From the NCBI GenBank assembly GCA_029940695.1, contig JAPYUP010000005.1:1120-65119 (forward strand): 64,000 nt of DNA, written 5' to 3'. Positions within the stretch are counted from its first letter, which is position 1, and the number at the start of each line of letters is the position of its first letter. A program made the position numbers and the translations under genes. Source of the DNA: Candidatus Thalassarchaeaceae archaeon. Lineage in GTDB: Archaea; Thermoplasmatota; Poseidoniia; Poseidoniales; Thalassarchaeaceae. Below, in pieces: positions 39,032-49,390 of the stretch. The notes under the pieces are model-generated. The model saw nothing but the letters and a program-made list of their open reading frames with translations, made no database searches and was not told the DNA's origin.

Positions 39032-40288
39032 TCACAGGCCATCGAAGCTGACGTCGGTCTCCTCGCCGCTACCAAGGTCCTTGATCCTGACATTTCCCTC
39101 TCCCCACTCCTTTGGCATTACCATGACAAGGCGCTCGGCGCCCGTCCTCTTTGCGTGCTTGAACGCCCACTTCAGCCGTTTGTCCTCGAGGACTAAGTCC
39201 ACTGCTCGCCCACTCGCCCTCAGGCGCTGCGCAACTGACATGGCTGCGGGTCGGAGGCTCTCGTCACTGCAAACGACGAGGTCATGGTTGCCGGTCGAGA
39301 GTTCTGGCACGAGGCCTTTTGTTGCAAGGAGTTCCATGATGACCATGTCACCAAAGCCGAATCCTGTGGCGGGCATGTCCTTGCCCCCAAGGGCCGAGAG
39401 CAGCCCGTCGTAACGGCCTCCGCCAACAATCGCCCGCAACTCACCGGCGCGGTCATGCGCCTCGAAGACCGGGCCCGTGTAGTATGCGAGGCCACGGACC
39501 ACTGAGGCATCGAATGCGACCCACTCCGAGATCCCATATGCGTCAATCATAGAGAAGAGCGTTATTAGTTCGGACATCGCAGTGCTGTCCCCGCCCAAGG
39601 CAGATTCGAGAGCGTCGAGGTCCTGTAACCCCAGTGTGGAGCGAATCTTCGAGATGGCATCAGCACCCAATCCCTGCTCAGCGAGTTGTGCGCTCATTAC
39701 CTCCTCCGAGATCTTGCCCATCTTGTCCACGATTACGCAGACCGCAGGGAAGTCCTCCCCGGACACACCCGCCGAATTCAGTACCTCCTCGAGCACCTTG
39801 CGGCTGCTGATGCGAATTACCAGATCCCCGGGACCTAGGCCGACGGAGCGGAAGAAGGCTGCCAGAACCGACAGCAACTCGACGTCCGCCTCGATGCCTT
39901 CCGCACCCCAGATGTCCACGTTCCACTGGTAGTGCTCCCTACCCCGGCCGCGCTGGGTCCTCTCGTATCGCCAGCACTGAGGAATGGAGAACCATTTGAT
40001 CGGGGTTGGTAGGGCCCCAGCCTTGGCCATCACCATCCTCGCAAGGGAGGGGGTCATCTCCGGGCGCAGGGAGACCCTGCGCCCGCCCTTGTCCTCGAAA
40101 CCGTAGAGTTGCTGCGTTATCTCCTCCCCCTGCTTGCGAGTGTAGAGTTCCTCGTGCTCCAGCATTGGCGCGTCATATTCCTCGAAGCCGTGGCTTCGAG
40201 CGGCCTCCCTGAAGCGCTCGAACAGCCAATTGCGCACGCGCATGTCCTCTGGGTAGAAGTCACGGGTGCCACGAACGCCCTGCGTCAC
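39032..40288 (-). CDS. hisS: Histidine--tRNA ligase
   Basis: RGTRDFYP, LRPEMTPS, RYER.QRGR.REH.Q, VRGLAYYTG, GGGRYD. Confidence 0.96.
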   Translation of the reverse strand: MTQGVRGTRDFYPEDMRVRNWLFERFREAARSHGFEEYDAPMLEHEELYTRKQGEEITQQLYGFEDKGGRRVSLRPEMTPSLARMVMAKAGALPTPIKWFSIPQCWRYERTQRGRGREHYQWNVDIWGAEGIEADVELLSVLAAFFRSVGLGPGDLVIRISSRKVLEEVLNSAGVSGEDFPAVCVIVDKMGKISEEVMSAQLAEQGLGADAISKIRSTLGLQDLDALESALGGDSTAMSELITLFSMIDAYGISEWVAFDASVVRGLAYYTGPVFEAHDRAGELRAIVGGGRYDGLLSALGGKDMPATGFGFGDMVIMELLATKGLVPELSTGNHDLVVCSDESLRPAAMSVAQRLRASGRAVDLVLEDKRLKWAFKHAKRTGAERLVMVMPKEWGEGNVRIKDLGSGEETDVSFDGL

Positions 40289-40312
40289 GGTCCCGCCAAG
40301 AACGGAGTCACT

Positions 40313-40789
40313 TCAAGCCCTACGCCGATTTCGGAACTCCTCAACGCGTTCTTGCCGTGTGATGCGCCCATCGGAAAGAGGGAATGCGAACATCCGCAGA
40401 GCGAGGAAGGCGAGTAAGCCGAAGGCAGCAGTGTTAGCTGCCCACGAATATAGGTGATTGACGCCAAGGATATCAGCGAAGTAAGCGGTCGAAGCCGTCG
40501 AGACCACCAATAGAATGGCGTATATCGCCATCATCACAACTAGGCTCTTGGTGTACTTAGTTGGGGACTCGAAGGTCAGCCAGCGATGGAGGTAATGGGC
40601 CTGCCAAGAGCTGAGGAAGTAGGAAATCGCCCAAGCAGTGGCCGCTGGATATCCCTCCGATAGTCGCATTTCGTACAGCAAGACGTACAGAATGAAGAGG
40701 ACGATGACGTTGATGCAACCGACAGCGCAGTAGGTCGCATACTCCCTCAGCAGCTTGCCCCAGGGGTACTCCTCGCTCACCAGCATCAC
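40313..40789 (-). CDS. GtrA-family small membrane protein
   Basis: Four TMs; YCAVGCIN, LHRWLTF, RMFAF patterns typical of GtrA. Confidence 0.7.
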   Translation of the reverse strand: MMLVSEEYPWGKLLREYATYCAVGCINVIVLFILYVLLYEMRLSEGYPAATAWAISYFLSSWQAHYLHRWLTFESPTKYTKSLVVMMAIYAILLVVSTASTAYFADILGVNHLYSWAANTAAFGLLAFLALRMFAFPLSDGRITRQERVEEFRNRRRA

Positions 40790-42246
40790 TGGTCACCCAG
40801 CCAACTCGCCAGTGCCTCGGCTATGTGGATCGGCACGTCCTCTGCTAGGAGTCCGGGTCCGGTGCCAGCCGCAGCTCGGCTTCCCGCCTCTCGCAGTAGC
40901 GCGCACCCTAGCCTTGCCGCCGGCCATGCACTCATTCCCTGCGCAAGCAGACCCCCGATAGTGCCGGCTAGGAGATCTCCGGTCCCCCCCACAGCCATCC
41001 TAGGATGGCCGCCAGTAGCGAAGCATCGTCTTCCCTCTGGGCCAGTCAGATTGTCCTCGGAGCCAGTGATGACGATGGCCGCGTCCTCTCCCGAAGTGCG
41101 GGAGAGCGCACGTTCTGGAGATTCGTTTCTCAACCAGCGCTTGGCTTCGCCGGCGTGCGGGGTGGCTACGCCCTTGAGTCCGTCTGGCCAAGAGTCCTCT
41201 GGCAGAGCAGGGATGCCGTCAGCGTCAATCACCAGGGGGATTCCCTTCGCAGCTGCTTTGCCAATTAGCGAAGCCGTAGCCTCCATGGTGTCCTCGTGTC
41301 GGCCCAGGCCCGGACCAATTACAACTGCCTGAGGTGCCTTCGATGACTCCAGAGCGTGGGAAATCGTCTCTATCGAGGCCATAGTGAGCACTTCTCTATC
41401 AGGAAGACTCTCTGGAATCAAGGTTGCGGGCCACTCGGCGCGCTCGACAGCGGCAGATGGCATGGCCACGTGAACCAAGTCGCACCCGCTCCTTGCGGCC
41501 GCCATTCCCGCAAGAATCGGTGCACCGTGATAGGGCCCGCCCCCGATTACCCAGAGGCGCCCGCGATCACCCTTCCTCGCTTGGTCGAGTATTGGGGGAT
41601 ACCTCGCAGCATCCCCTCTCCCACAATCCTCTACCTCCTTTGGCCACGGCAGGGGGATGACAGTGACATTGCCGGTCTCCTCTGAGGGCATGCCGCGCTT
41701 TCGGCTGTGGAAGGTGATGGTCGCATCGGCAGTCAGCGCATCGCTGCCGCCTAGACCCGTGGGGATGTCACAAGCGAGCACTGGTCGGCCCAAGCCCCTC
41801 GCCCATCCCACGATCTCGTCAATCGGGGGCCTGAGGCTCGCCCCCGGTCCGACAGCACCGGCACCTAGGAGGCAGTCAACGACCAAGCCCCATGATTCGC
41901 CCTCGGGGCGCGTCGGCCATACATCGATTCGAATACCCAGTTCAGAAGTCGCTCGCCGAGCCTCGCTTGACGTTTCGTCCTTCGAAGCGGGGTGGCTGGC
42001 GAGCACGTGGGCATCGCACCCTGACTGGCTGGCGATAGCGGCCGCCACGAAGCCATCCCCACCGTTGTTTCCCGGGCCGCACAGAAAGAGGACGGGGTCA
42101 CCATCCGACATCTCCATGGCGCGCTCTGCTAGCGCCTCGCCGGCGGCACGCATGAGTTGCGAGGCCTTGATGCCCAAGGCTGAGGCATTGCGATCCAGAA
42201 CAACGACCTCGGCCCACTCTAGTTCCCAGCAGGCGGATTCGGTCAT
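40786..42246 (-). CDS. nnr: Bifunctional NAD(P)H-hydrate epimerase/dehydratase (NnrE-NnrD)
   Basis: CGPGNNGGDG, DIPTG, KGDRG, GPGLG, IDADG, TPHAGE, GGTGDLLAG. Confidence 0.93.
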   Translation of the reverse strand: MTESACWELEWAEVVVLDRNASALGIKASQLMRAAGEALAERAMEMSDGDPVLFLCGPGNNGGDGFVAAAIASQSGCDAHVLASHPASKDETSSEARRATSELGIRIDVWPTRPEGESWGLVVDCLLGAGAVGPGASLRPPIDEIVGWARGLGRPVLACDIPTGLGGSDALTADATITFHSRKRGMPSEETGNVTVIPLPWPKEVEDCGRGDAARYPPILDQARKGDRGRLWVIGGGPYHGAPILAGMAAARSGCDLVHVAMPSAAVERAEWPATLIPESLPDREVLTMASIETISHALESSKAPQAVVIGPGLGRHEDTMEATASLIGKAAAKGIPLVIDADGIPALPEDSWPDGLKGVATPHAGEAKRWLRNESPERALSRTSGEDAAIVITGSEDNLTGPEGRRCFATGGHPRMAVGGTGDLLAGTIGGLLAQGMSAWPAARLGCALLREAGSRAAAGTGPGLLAEDVPIHIAEALASWLGDQ

Positions 42247-42261
42247 GCTAACCTCGGCATT

Positions 42262-44100
42262 CTAAGCGAGTTCGGCCTCAATAGTCGATCTCGAATGGGG
42301 TCTCCTCTCTCCATGCTGATCTACAAATGAATCGGGTAACTTCTCCCCCACCTGAACGACGAATGGGTCATCCCCCCCGGGCAGCATGTGAATGGGTGCG
42401 TCCGCACCCTTGGGAACGTTCCTGTAAAGTGGGCGTGGCTCAAGCTCGAAGTTTCCAGATAGTATGGCCCGTACGAATACAAAAAATCGACCGGTTCTAG
42501 AGAGATGGGTTTCTGTTGGGACTATCCTATTGAGAAGAACATACTTGTTGAGCGAGATGAAGAGGATTGCGGTGACCCCCCAAAACAGGAGGATTATCGA
42601 TATGCCATGGGGGTTCGATGGGTTCCACGGGTCATGCACGTTGGCGAGGAGGTCGCCGAAGTAGGAGAGCATGAGCACGGAGAACATCAGCGGGAATCCG
42701 AGGTACATTATGACGTCCCACCAGCGTCCTATCCACCAGTCGTTATCGCCAGTGTTGATGAAATCGTCACGGAAGGCTGAGACGCCGTGGTCGATGTACT
42801 CCCTGAGATCGAAGCCATCGACGCCGCTCTTCTCCTGCCAAGCCTTGTACCTAGACCAGCCGTAGCTCCAGATGCTGTATGCGATGAACAGCCCGCTGAA
42901 CATCAGTCCGTAGCCCCAGATGTGGTCCTGGACCTCTAGGAACTGCGGGAAGGCGACTCCCGTGGATTCGTCTATGAGAATCCAGGTCATCGCGCTGGGT
43001 AGCCCGAACAGAAAGATGGTCAAGCTGGTGAAGCCGACCGCTTGTGAGCGGTCGAAGCCATGGTCGACGAAGTTTCGCACGCAGAGCTCGACCGTCGAGA
43101 TCATCGAGGTCAGCGCGGCGAACGAAAGGGCGAGGAAGAAGACGGTGACCATGAGGAGTTGGATTATCGGGCCGCCGGGGGCTTGTGCAAAGACCTCGGG
43201 GAGGACGAGGAATGTGATGGCGGAGCTGCCCCCGGAGACTGCGCTCAGAGGATCTGCGACCACGGCGAACACGGCCATCATGACCGTGAGTCCGGCGATG
43301 ATGCTGATGCTGTTGTTGGCCAAGCACATCGTTGCTGCGTTCAGCGTGGTGTCCTCGTCCTTGCGCATGTAGACGGAGTAGGTGATAGCCATGCCCATTC
43401 CCGCGGAGCAGGACCACGCGGACTGCGAGAGTCCGTTTATCCAAGTCTCGGGCTGCATCAGATACTCCGGTTGAATGCTGAACATGTAGATGAAGCCGTC
43501 GAGGCTGCCGTCGCGCACGTCCATGACGAAGGATAGGAATAGCGCGACGAAGAGCAAGACGAAAAGAGAGATCATCAGCGTGACGTTTGCCTTCTCAATC
43601 GCCTTGGCCCCCCTCCAAATCGCCGCCATGGTGATTGCTACCGCCACCGCTTGGAAGAACACCACCTGCCCGGGGGACTGAAGGAAATTGTTCCAGACCT
43701 CGATTGTGTCGACTTCCTGGCCTAGCCCCCCTCTGACCGCGGTCAGGAAGTAGTTGACGCACCATCCTGTGACGACGGCGTAGTAGAAGCCGATTGCAGT
43801 GGAGATCCAAGCGGTCCACAGCCCCATCCATGCAAACCTCCTTCCAGCGAAGATGCGGAAAGTCCCCACCGTGCCGGTCCTGCTTCGCTTGCCCAGAGCG
43901 AACTCAGCGATGATCAGGGGTATCGACCAGACGAATAGGAAGATGAGCCATGGGATGAGGAAGGAGCCCCCCCCGTTGGCACCCACCATGCGTGGGAACC
44001 TCCAGATGTTACCGGTACCGATTGCAGCGCCGATGGTGGCGAAAATAAGCCCCAGCCTGCCGCTGAATTCGTCACTCGAGGTCTCAGTCTGCGGATTCAT
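42262..44100 (-). CDS. Sodium-dependent amino-acid transporter, NSS/SNF family
   Basis: AIGTGNIWRFP...NGGGSFLIP, ITYSVY, AALTSMIS. Confidence 0.92.
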   Translation of the reverse strand: MNPQTETSSDEFSGRLGLIFATIGAAIGTGNIWRFPRMVGANGGGSFLIPWLIFLFVWSIPLIIAEFALGKRSRTGTVGTFRIFAGRRFAWMGLWTAWISTAIGFYYAVVTGWCVNYFLTAVRGGLGQEVDTIEVWNNFLQSPGQVVFFQAVAVAITMAAIWRGAKAIEKANVTLMISLFVLLFVALFLSFVMDVRDGSLDGFIYMFSIQPEYLMQPETWINGLSQSAWSCSAGMGMAITYSVYMRKDEDTTLNAATMCLANNSISIIAGLTVMMAVFAVVADPLSAVSGGSSAITFLVLPEVFAQAPGGPIIQLLMVTVFFLALSFAALTSMISTVELCVRNFVDHGFDRSQAVGFTSLTIFLFGLPSAMTWILIDESTGVAFPQFLEVQDHIWGYGLMFSGLFIAYSIWSYGWSRYKAWQEKSGVDGFDLREYIDHGVSAFRDDFINTGDNDWWIGRWWDVIMYLGFPLMFSVLMLSYFGDLLANVHDPWNPSNPHGISIILLFWGVTAILFISLNKYVLLNRIVPTETHLSRTGRFFVFVRAILSGNFELEPRPLYRNVPKGADAPIHMLPGGDDPFVVQVGEKLPDSFVDQHGERRPHSRSTIEAELA

Positions 44101-44111
44101 CTCGATTCCCG

Positions 44112-46283
44112 TTACGTCGCCACATCGGCGTGGTCCCTGGGCAGTCCCAACACACGCCCTTCCTCCGAAAACATCGCTCGCAGGGTGTACCCAAGTCCTC
44201 CCCAGACGAAGCTGGCGATTACGAGGAACATCAGGATACTAAGGACCGCGGAGCCGAATCCCGCTCGGTAGGGAACGGCAAGATCGTAGTAGTCCTCCCC
44301 CTCTTCCACCCCGGGGTAGATGAACGGGAATGCCCCGTTAGTAGTACCCAGCATCGCTTTGTAGTGAACCCTCCCAACGGAGGTTGGGGGCAAAGGAACG
44401 TCTGCTTCGAGCATGGTTCCGTTGGAGCCGTCACGCAGGATGCACGGCCCACCGGTTTCGTTGAATGCTGACCTTGACCATGGTTCTTCGACCCAGTATG
44501 CCGGACCGTAATCGCTCTGCTGCCTCTTCGGCTCTACGAAGCGCCACATCAGATGCGTCAGATTGATGTTCGTTGAGTAGGGGAATGTGACATCGAGGCA
44601 GAATCCTATTGGGATGTCGCCGCTCTCAGGAATTGTCACGTTTTCCGGGCCGGCAAGCCACTGACGCGCAGTAGTGTTCTCGATGCCCACTATGGCCCTG
44701 TAACGGGGATCGTCGGCTATCTCGGTCATGTAAAACGCGATTCCGACATTCCTGACCGCTATGTGAGCGATGTCTTCGGGGTACTCGTGGAAGGCGTTGC
44801 CAATCTCGATGGTGTAGCAGTACGAGTTGTGAACGCCATAGTGCCAGTCACAGAAGTCACCGGTAGTGGGGTACAAATCTGAGGATTGCATCGGTTCGTA
44901 ATCGGTCATCTGTCCCATCACCTGGCCGTGGTAGACGAGATATTCGTCATCAGGGCTGTAGCAGTTGGTGCAGTGGCCCCATGGCCAGAGAACCAGCTCC
45001 GAGAAGGAGTGCCAAGTCAGGGTCGTCTTGAACTCCGAGGCCCCGTCACCGTCATCGTCGTTCATCTCCGTGATGTCTTGTATGAACTTGGTCTCTGGCT
45101 CAGTGTTTCCCCCCATCCAGTCCTCGTCGACCTGCCCGTCCGCATCATCGTCCTTGCCGTCGACGTGATCCTCGTTGACGAGCCCGTCGCCATCGTTGTC
45201 CTCGTAGTTCACAGGGCCGTTGTAGACGTCGTTGTTGGCACCGTCAACATAGCACATGCCAGGGAATAGCGGGCCGGTCGCGCCGAGCGGTGCGCCCCAT
45301 TCGAACTGGTAATTACGATTCAGGTCGACGCCGTCGCATCCCTCGTCGACCGATTCGTCAATATCCGGTAGCGGAGTGAACCCTGTGACGGTGTTGTCGC
45401 GCAGGTTCTTCCTCCAGCCGGACGTGCGACAGTTCTCCCAAGCCGTGGGACCACAGAATTCCTCACGGTCGTAGCGGTTCCCATCGACGTTCAACATTGG
45501 AATGAGGTATATCTCACGGGTGTTCACCATGTCGGTGATGAACTGCTCAGAGAAGTCCTCGTCGACCCCGAGATCGCCTGGGCCGCACGGCGTACCGTCG
45601 CCATTGCTGTCCTGGTTCGACTCGTTGAGCAAACCACAGTCACCGTCGTCGTCGAGGCCATTCCAGGGGTCCTCGTCGATTAACCCGTCGCCATCGTTGT
45701 CGATTCCGGCCATTCCATAGTAGTAGGCCACGGTCTCGAGGAAAAACATCGGGACCTCGTATGACATCCACTCACGGGCGTGGTGATTGCCAACGAGCAT
45801 AACGTCGGGCCTGTCATCGTAGTTGCCGCAGTCGCCGACGAAGACGTTGCAGTCGCCTCCCGCAGCGTCCAGGGTCAGCTTAATCCAAGGACTGGGGTGA
45901 TTGTAGTACCATCCCTCGTAGTCGGTGGAAATCATCTCGTCCCCACGGGCGTTTACCCCGCCGATGAGGCCCTCGTGAAAACTCATTATCTCTGGGTTGC
46001 GATCCGCGAGGAACAGCATCCTGTTCTTCATCGAGAAGTAATCGTGGTACTCGCGAAACTGGGCCTTGCTGTCACCACCCCAGGGGAATATCTGGGATAC
46101 GTACTCGTCTGACCAAATGTCCTCGGGTGCAGTTTCCGAGCCGACTTCCTGGGCGGAGGAGTGCGGTGCCATCGCTACCGGTGAGACGAGGGAGAGCAGC
46201 AGGGGCAGCAGCATCGCAGCCACCGGGACGCGCCCACCTAGAGGGTTTGAGAGCCCCAGCGTCCCGATTCCCTCATTCTGCAT
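44112..46283 (-). CDS. Membrane-anchored M14 zinc carboxypeptidase with acidic Ca-binding-like inserts
   Basis: HHAREW (HxxE), IPMLNVDG, WRKN, GVDLNRNY, HSFSE, YTIEIG; signal peptide and C-terminal TM. Confidence 0.9.
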   Translation of the reverse strand: MQNEGIGTLGLSNPLGGRVPVAAMLLPLLLSLVSPVAMAPHSSAQEVGSETAPEDIWSDEYVSQIFPWGGDSKAQFREYHDYFSMKNRMLFLADRNPEIMSFHEGLIGGVNARGDEMISTDYEGWYYNHPSPWIKLTLDAAGGDCNVFVGDCGNYDDRPDVMLVGNHHAREWMSYEVPMFFLETVAYYYGMAGIDNDGDGLIDEDPWNGLDDDGDCGLLNESNQDSNGDGTPCGPGDLGVDEDFSEQFITDMVNTREIYLIPMLNVDGNRYDREEFCGPTAWENCRTSGWRKNLRDNTVTGFTPLPDIDESVDEGCDGVDLNRNYQFEWGAPLGATGPLFPGMCYVDGANNDVYNGPVNYEDNDGDGLVNEDHVDGKDDDADGQVDEDWMGGNTEPETKFIQDITEMNDDDGDGASEFKTTLTWHSFSELVLWPWGHCTNCYSPDDEYLVYHGQVMGQMTDYEPMQSSDLYPTTGDFCDWHYGVHNSYCYTIEIGNAFHEYPEDIAHIAVRNVGIAFYMTEIADDPRYRAIVGIENTTARQWLAGPENVTIPESGDIPIGFCLDVTFPYSTNINLTHLMWRFVEPKRQQSDYGPAYWVEEPWSRSAFNETGGPCILRDGSNGTMLEADVPLPPTSVGRVHYKAMLGTTNGAFPFIYPGVEEGEDYYDLAVPYRAGFGSAVLSILMFLVIASFVWGGLGYTLRAMFSEEGRVLGLPRDHADVAT

Positions 46284-46381
46284 CCTATCAGTTGGCCGAG
46301 TCGCCAGTCGGTATTGAATCGCACGGAGTGCGGTCCGCGTATACGGACTGACTTTATCAAGGGGCGTTCAACGGACCGGAC

Positions 46382-47461
46382 ATGGAACTATTGGACGAGA
46401 TCATGGCTGGCGAACCGAGCATCATGGATTTCTCGGGTGGCACGCTTTCAGTTTTCGTAGCGGTAATATTGCTGAGCGGATTGGCGGGCGTGCTCGCGCG
46501 GCGCCTCATTTTCCCCCTGCTAATGGACGTCCTCTCAAAGACCGATCGAATCGATGGCAAGACACTGTTCGCGCCCAAGTCGCTTGGCTGGATGATTGGA
46601 TTCCTCGTCATGCACTTGGCAATTGACTGGATTGCAACCAATTCCGAGCCCGTTTGGGACGAAGAGCTGATGAGCACTGTTTCGAGAGCTAGCTGGGCAG
46701 CCTTCGTCGTGCTCATGCTGATTGCGGCATACAGGCTCGTCGACTACCTCGATGCCTTCATTGTCGTCGAGGGCGACGACATGGCGGCCCGACGCTCGCT
46801 GGCGAGCGTCGCAGAGTCCGTAGGCAGGCTCGCCGTCGTCGTAGTTGGTGTCTTCATCCTCGCTGGCCTTGCGGGCATGGATCTCAATGGCCTCATCGCC
46901 GGGCTAGGAATCACCGGTCTCGCTCTCGCGCTCGCAGCCAAGGACTCAGTGGCCAACGTCTTCGGCGCGATCTCGATTCTGATTGACAAGCCGTTCAACG
47001 TGGGCGACTGGATTGTCGTCGAGGACGTCGAGGGCGAGGTCGTTACAATCGGTCTGAGGACTACGCTGATTCGAACCTCTGCCGATACCATGGTCTCTAT
47101 CCCCAATTCGAACATCACCAACTCGCCTGTGGAGAACTTCAGCCAGCGCCGCTTCCGCAGGATTCGGCCCAAGCTCGAGTTCGAGGCGGATAGCGACCAA
47201 GCCTCGTTGCGCAAGTTCTGCGACTCTCTGTGCAGTCAGATTCTGGATGACCCACGGGCTACTAAGCCCGAGGACTCTTGGGCCCGTGTCCAGTCCTTCG
47301 CCCCTTCCAAGGTGACTGTGGCCACCAATTTTTACTGCCTCTCCTCCGGAAAGACCCAGAGGGAACTAACTGAGGACATTCTGATGATGGCTAGGGCGAG
47401 GGCCTCCGAGTACGAACTGAAGTTCCATGAGCCCCGTCGCAGGGAGCACCAGTCACTGTGA
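46382..47461 (+). CDS. Small-conductance mechanosensitive channel (MscS family)
   Basis: AGLGITGLALALAAKD...PFNVGDWI...GEV..IGLRTT..IPNS. Confidence 0.92.
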   Translation: MELLDEIMAGEPSIMDFSGGTLSVFVAVILLSGLAGVLARRLIFPLLMDVLSKTDRIDGKTLFAPKSLGWMIGFLVMHLAIDWIATNSEPVWDEELMSTVSRASWAAFVVLMLIAAYRLVDYLDAFIVVEGDDMAARRSLASVAESVGRLAVVVVGVFILAGLAGMDLNGLIAGLGITGLALALAAKDSVANVFGAISILIDKPFNVGDWIVVEDVEGEVVTIGLRTTLIRTSADTMVSIPNSNITNSPVENFSQRRFRRIRPKLEFEADSDQASLRKFCDSLCSQILDDPRATKPEDSWARVQSFAPSKVTVATNFYCLSSGKTQRELTEDILMMARARASEYELKFHEPRRREHQSL

Positions 47462-47473
47462 GGGTGCTGGTTC

Positions 47474-48073
47474 ATGAGCAGCCTGATTCTCATTCGGCAC
47501 GGCCAGTCTTTGTGGAATGCTGCCAACCGCTTCACTGGATGGATTGACATCGACCTCTCTTCGAAGGGTGAGGAGGAAGCTGTCGAGGCCGGCATGAAAC
47601 TGGCTGAAAATCTCATAGACAGAGTTCACACTAGCGATTTGATTCGTGCTCAGAGGACTGCTGAAATAATACTCAAACTCAATGAGGCCTCAGACGATGT
47701 CCCTACTAGGTACGACGAACGCCTGAACGAGCGTCACTACGGCTCTCTCCAAGGTTTGAACAAAGCCGAGACCGCCGAGAAGCATGGAGTTGAGCAGGTC
47801 AGGATCTGGCGACGTTCCTTTGACGTGGCTCCACCGGGCGGAGAGAGCCTCGAGATGACCGCTGCGAGGACCATTCCCTACTTCGTGGAGGAAATCGTTC
47901 CGGATCTCGAGCAGGGGCTGAACGTCCTGGTCTCGGCGCACGGTAACTCGTTGCGCTCAATCGTAATGCACATCGAGGCCATCACTCCTGAGGAAATCGT
48001 CTCGCTCGAAATACCGACTGGTGTCCCGCTGTTTTACACGTACGCTGAGGGATCCATCACACGGAATGAGTAA
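47474..48073 (+). CDS. gpmA: 2,3-BPG-dependent phosphoglycerate mutase
   Basis: RHGQS.WN..NRFTGW, LNERHYG.LQG.NK, WRRS, AHGNSLR. Confidence 0.95.
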   Translation: MSSLILIRHGQSLWNAANRFTGWIDIDLSSKGEEEAVEAGMKLAENLIDRVHTSDLIRAQRTAEIILKLNEASDDVPTRYDERLNERHYGSLQGLNKAETAEKHGVEQVRIWRRSFDVAPPGGESLEMTAARTIPYFVEEIVPDLEQGLNVLVSAHGNSLRSIVMHIEAITPEEIVSLEIPTGVPLFYTYAEGSITRNE

Positions 48074-49304
48074 TCGGCCTCTCAGGAGGCGGGGACGATG
48101 ATCTGTAGCTCAAGAAGAGGCCAACACTGGCGATAAAGAACAGAATTGGTATGGACAACTCGTCGATCGAAGGGGGGAACTGATTGATGATGCTGCTAAT
48201 TCCGAAGAAGGCTGCCATGATGGACAGGGCGCCCAACGTGCGGTTGTTGAACATCTTCTTCTGGAAGCCTCGCACGTGCCTTAGGATAGTCATCGCAGGC
48301 TCGGGCGCGCCAGACTGATTGGACACAGCCTCGATCACATCGAGCATGCATTGCTCGTACTCCCATATCGCCAACCCTCCACGATGGGCGTAGAATGCAT
48401 CTGTAGAGCACCAGTCCTCTGGCGCAGTCGATCTCCATCCATCTATCAGGGACGAGCGGAGCTCGACGATATCCAACTCGCTCCCGTAATTATGATGAAT
48501 CCTCGACAGGTCGTGGACTAGTGAAGCGAGGTCCCTGATAGCCGGGAACTCGCAATTAGGTTCGTTCAGGCAGTCCGCCATCCTCGGTCTACCTATCCTG
48601 ACAGTCTGTCCGACGGTGTCGGACAGCCTCACGTCTCCTAAGCTCAGCATGCAGGGGACGTCCCTGGTGAACGGAGCACGCCAGATCAAGTCAGCCCGGA
48701 GGCTCTCCTCCAAGGATGCGAAGTGGGCGTTCCAGCGTCGTGGGTCGGGAGGAGTGGTTCTGACGTCCTCGACCTCTGTGTGATAGTTTCCCAACACGGC
48801 GCCACACCTGTGTAGCACCTCCTTTGCCTGCGACGCGTCCCCGGATTCCAGAGAATCGATTAGTTCGGAACCAGCGTCGGGTCCCCCATCCTTGGCAAAT
48901 CGAACAAGGATGACGTCATCCCCGTTCCAAGTGTATCCCCCGCATGGAGCATCTGTGACCGATTGAGCCGAAGTGCAACGCCTCTTGAGGCGGCCATCGG
49001 AGCCCCAAGGAAGGAACTCGGCGAGCCACTTTGAGTCGGAGAACAGCGTGACTATGGGTCCGCGATTCGATGCCCCGGGCAACAGAGATTCGATTGCCCC
49101 CGGTTCTGGCACCTCGCCCCACGGCTCCAACTCTGATACGACTAGTTCCCAGTCCTCTGGACTGGCTAACTGCACTGGCTCGAGCATCTCGCATGTTAGG
49201 CCAATACCTGCGAATGCCACCGATTCGAATCCCGCTGGCGCCGATGCCTCGGTCTCGACCTCCGCCATCGCCACAGGCCTCCACACTCGAGTCCACTCGG
49301 CCAC
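48057..49304 (-). CDS. Hypothetical protein with degenerate maltokinase/APH-like kinase fold and two C-terminal TMs
   Basis: GAVLGNYH, LGDVRL, AIRDLASLVHDL, LAIWEYE resemble maltokinase segments. Confidence 0.5.
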   Translation of the reverse strand: MAEWTRVWRPVAMAEVETEASAPAGFESVAFAGIGLTCEMLEPVQLASPEDWELVVSELEPWGEVPEPGAIESLLPGASNRGPIVTLFSDSKWLAEFLPWGSDGRLKRRCTSAQSVTDAPCGGYTWNGDDVILVRFAKDGGPDAGSELIDSLESGDASQAKEVLHRCGAVLGNYHTEVEDVRTTPPDPRRWNAHFASLEESLRADLIWRAPFTRDVPCMLSLGDVRLSDTVGQTVRIGRPRMADCLNEPNCEFPAIRDLASLVHDLSRIHHNYGSELDIVELRSSLIDGWRSTAPEDWCSTDAFYAHRGGLAIWEYEQCMLDVIEAVSNQSGAPEPAMTILRHVRGFQKKMFNNRTLGALSIMAAFFGISSIINQFPPSIDELSIPILFFIASVGLFLSYRSSSPPPERPITHSV

Positions 49305-49390
49305 CTCGACGCCCCTATGTCACGACAAGGTCCCGGGCTTCATTGAATCGGTCAGCGAAGGCTTGAATCACAGGGGCCCAAGGGAGCGAC

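Noticed and set aside
45040..45720. Repetitive GTC/GAC-rich DNA resembling a repeat array
   Set aside because: Explained by Asp-rich codons of the carboxypeptidase inserts; no CRISPR-like repeat-spacer periodicity.
47474..48073. Bacterial-type dPGM in an archaeon as a novelty
   Set aside because: Cofactor-dependent PGMs are already known in some Thermoplasmata and other archaea; ordinary.
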